DNA of 64,000 nucleotides from Ministeria vibrans ATCC 50519 (Eukaryota; Protista; Filasterea): NCBI GenBank assembly GCA_943704425.1, contig CALSCP010001656.1, positions 79,089 to 143,088 of the forward strand, read 5' to 3'. Shown piece by piece: positions 62,340 to 64,000 of this stretch (position 1 is its first letter; each line of letters starts with the position of its first letter). The notes under the pieces were generated by a model. It saw only the letters and a program-made list of their open reading frames with translations, ran no database searches and was not told where the DNA came from. The position numbers and the translations under genes were made by a program.

Positions 62340-63320
62340 ATGCCTTTCACTGTCCTCCTCATCCAGGACGACGACCTTCACGACGTCACGCTCCAAGAGG
62401 GACTACTTTCGGACGCGGGTCTTGCCGTTAAAATTGCCAAGATGTCAACCGAAACAGAGATCATGGAGGCGGCACAGGAGTGCGATGCAATTGTGAGTCG
62501 AAACGCAAATCTGACTGGTCGTGTCCTGCATGCGCTGCCCCGTCTCAAGATTGTCAGTCATCAGGGTGTTGGATTCGACTCTGTAAGCGGCGCGGACGCC
62601 AAATCGCTCGGGATTTGGGTCAGCAACGTTCCCGATTATGGCTTTCTTGAGGTCGCCTCGCACGGCTTTGCCATGGCACTCTCGCTCACACGACACCTGG
62701 CATTCTTTGATCGTGACGTGCGTCGTGGCATATGGGATCACGGATCGACAGGAAGCGACCTCAAGCGACCCTCCACGATGAGCGTAGGTCTGTTGGGCGT
62801 AGGTCGCACTGGACGTTGCTTTGCCAACCTTGCGGCGCCACTCTTTGGCAAAATTATTGGCTACGACCCCTTCCTCAAGGCCGAACAGTTCCCAGCGGGT
62901 GTCGAGGTTGCCGACACGATCGAGTCCATTTTCGAGCGCTGCGACATTGTCTCGTTGCACTTGCCGCTCAACGACGAGACGCATGGCATTGTGGGCACTC
63001 GCATGCTCAATCTCATGAAACGCGGCAGTTTTGTGGTCAACGTTGGTCGTGGACCCCTCATTGACCCCGAGGCGCTGCTTGAGGCACTCAACTCGGGCCA
63101 CATTGCAGGTGCAGCACTCGATGTGCTTCCCACTGAGCCACCCTCTCACGACGACCCACTTGTGCACCACCCGCGCACCCTCATCTCGCCCCACGCCGCC
63201 TTCTACTCGGTCGCGTCTTACATTGAACTGCGCACCAAAACTGCCCAGAATGTCGTCACGTATGCGCGCACGGGCAAGCCCGACTACACCGCCATTGCCG
63301 GCACGAGAACACCCGAATAA
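62340..63320 (+). CDS. D-isomer-specific 2-hydroxyacid dehydrogenase (bacterial CtBP-like/SerA-like), intronless
   Basis: GVGFDSV, VSNVPDYG..EVASH, GLLGVGRTG (Rossmann), DIVSLHLPL, VNVGRG, GAALDVLPTEP, SPHAAFYS. Confidence 0.93.
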   Translation: MPFTVLLIQDDDLHDVTLQEGLLSDAGLAVKIAKMSTETEIMEAAQECDAIVSRNANLTGRVLHALPRLKIVSHQGVGFDSVSGADAKSLGIWVSNVPDYGFLEVASHGFAMALSLTRHLAFFDRDVRRGIWDHGSTGSDLKRPSTMSVGLLGVGRTGRCFANLAAPLFGKIIGYDPFLKAEQFPAGVEVADTIESIFERCDIVSLHLPLNDETHGIVGTRMLNLMKRGSFVVNVGRGPLIDPEALLEALNSGHIAGAALDVLPTEPPSHDDPLVHHPRTLISPHAAFYSVASYIELRTKTAQNVVTYARTGKPDYTAIAGTRTPE

Positions 63321-63892
63321 AAAAAAAACACATTGTTCAACGAGTCGTCGACAGAGAACTCACTCACAGAGTAGTGAGTGCCCTGCCATGACCCATCTTA
63401 CAATCTCAACACTCAATATTCAAGACCGAATCTTTTTTTGTTTACAAAACTTGTCAACACTTCCGCCGCCTCCAGTTCAAGTTGGGTTCTTCTTTAGACT
63501 TGTCAAGTACATAATACTAAAAGCGACAGTGGGCTGAGCGAGTGAGCCCGGCTGACGCGTTGGCGGATGTCTTGAACCGGCGAAAGGTTGTTGTTTTTTG
63601 CACTTTCGCGGAAGTTCACCCTGTTCTTATCTAAACTTGATCCAAACGGCTGCATTGAATGTTGTTCGACTTGGTATTGAACACTGCGCAGTCATTCATT
63701 TGATTGGTTAAGAGAATACGTGTATTTTTTTCACAAGTTCACAAGTTCAGTGACGTCGTGCGTCACTTTGGTCTATTGGTACATTGGGTCGCCCGCGTCG
63801 GGCTCATGGGTCTCCACATCGTCCATTCCAGCCTAAGGAAGAAGAAAGGAGGCAAAAGTCAGGCCGTGTATTGCGATTTGTTCGTGAACTTC

Positions 63893-64000
63893 GGGTTAGG
63901 GTTAGGGTTAGGGTTAGGGTTAGGGTTAGGGTTAGGGTTAGGGTTAGGGTTAGGGTTAGGGTTAGGGTTAGGGTTAGGGTTAGGGTTAGGGTTAGGGTTA
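63893..64000 (+). repeat. Telomere (TTAGGG)n, chromosome end
   Basis: Uninterrupted GGGTTA array running to the end of the window, G-rich strand pointing outward. Confidence 0.97.

Noticed and set aside
1-64000. Alternative genetic code or non-canonical introns
   Set aside because: The conserved genes examined translate correctly with the standard code and GT-AG introns. Donors are relaxed (gtacg, gtccg, gtcga) but canonical.

Overview
This 64-kb window is the right-hand end of a chromosome from an intron-rich unicellular eukaryote. It shows short GT-AG introns, standard code and a terminal (TTAGGG)n telomere. The gene content (MENTAL-START, I-BAR-SH3, EGF/TSP1 protein) suggests a holozoan or amorphean protist, but that is inference. 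About 1-49 kb is a dense run of spliced, mostly housekeeping genes: CEPT1/EPT1-like, GH78 rhamnosidase, STARD3-like, NECAP, EIPR1, MFS, APEX2, haloalkane dehalogenase-like, importin-5, PH protein, calcineurin B, I-BAR-SH3, cupin, V-ATPase a and an EGF-TSP1-L-domain protein. A ~4.6-kb repeat-bounded island at 31.9-36.6 kb carries a membrane-anchored H-Y-E PARP and two small orphan membrane proteins. After an atypical tRNA-Gly and two interstitial telomere relics at ~50 kb, the last 14 kb is an accessory subtelomeric block. It holds a decayed Polinton-like-virus major capsid gene, orphan repeat proteins and an intronless bacterial-type dehydrogenase. It also holds the best candidate for a novel system: an NLR-like gene built as ubiquitin-like header, tandem HEPN RNase-like domains, NACHT-type STAND NTPase and near-identical shuffled ankyrin repeats. 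All calls come from manual reading and motif recognition; no database search was run.
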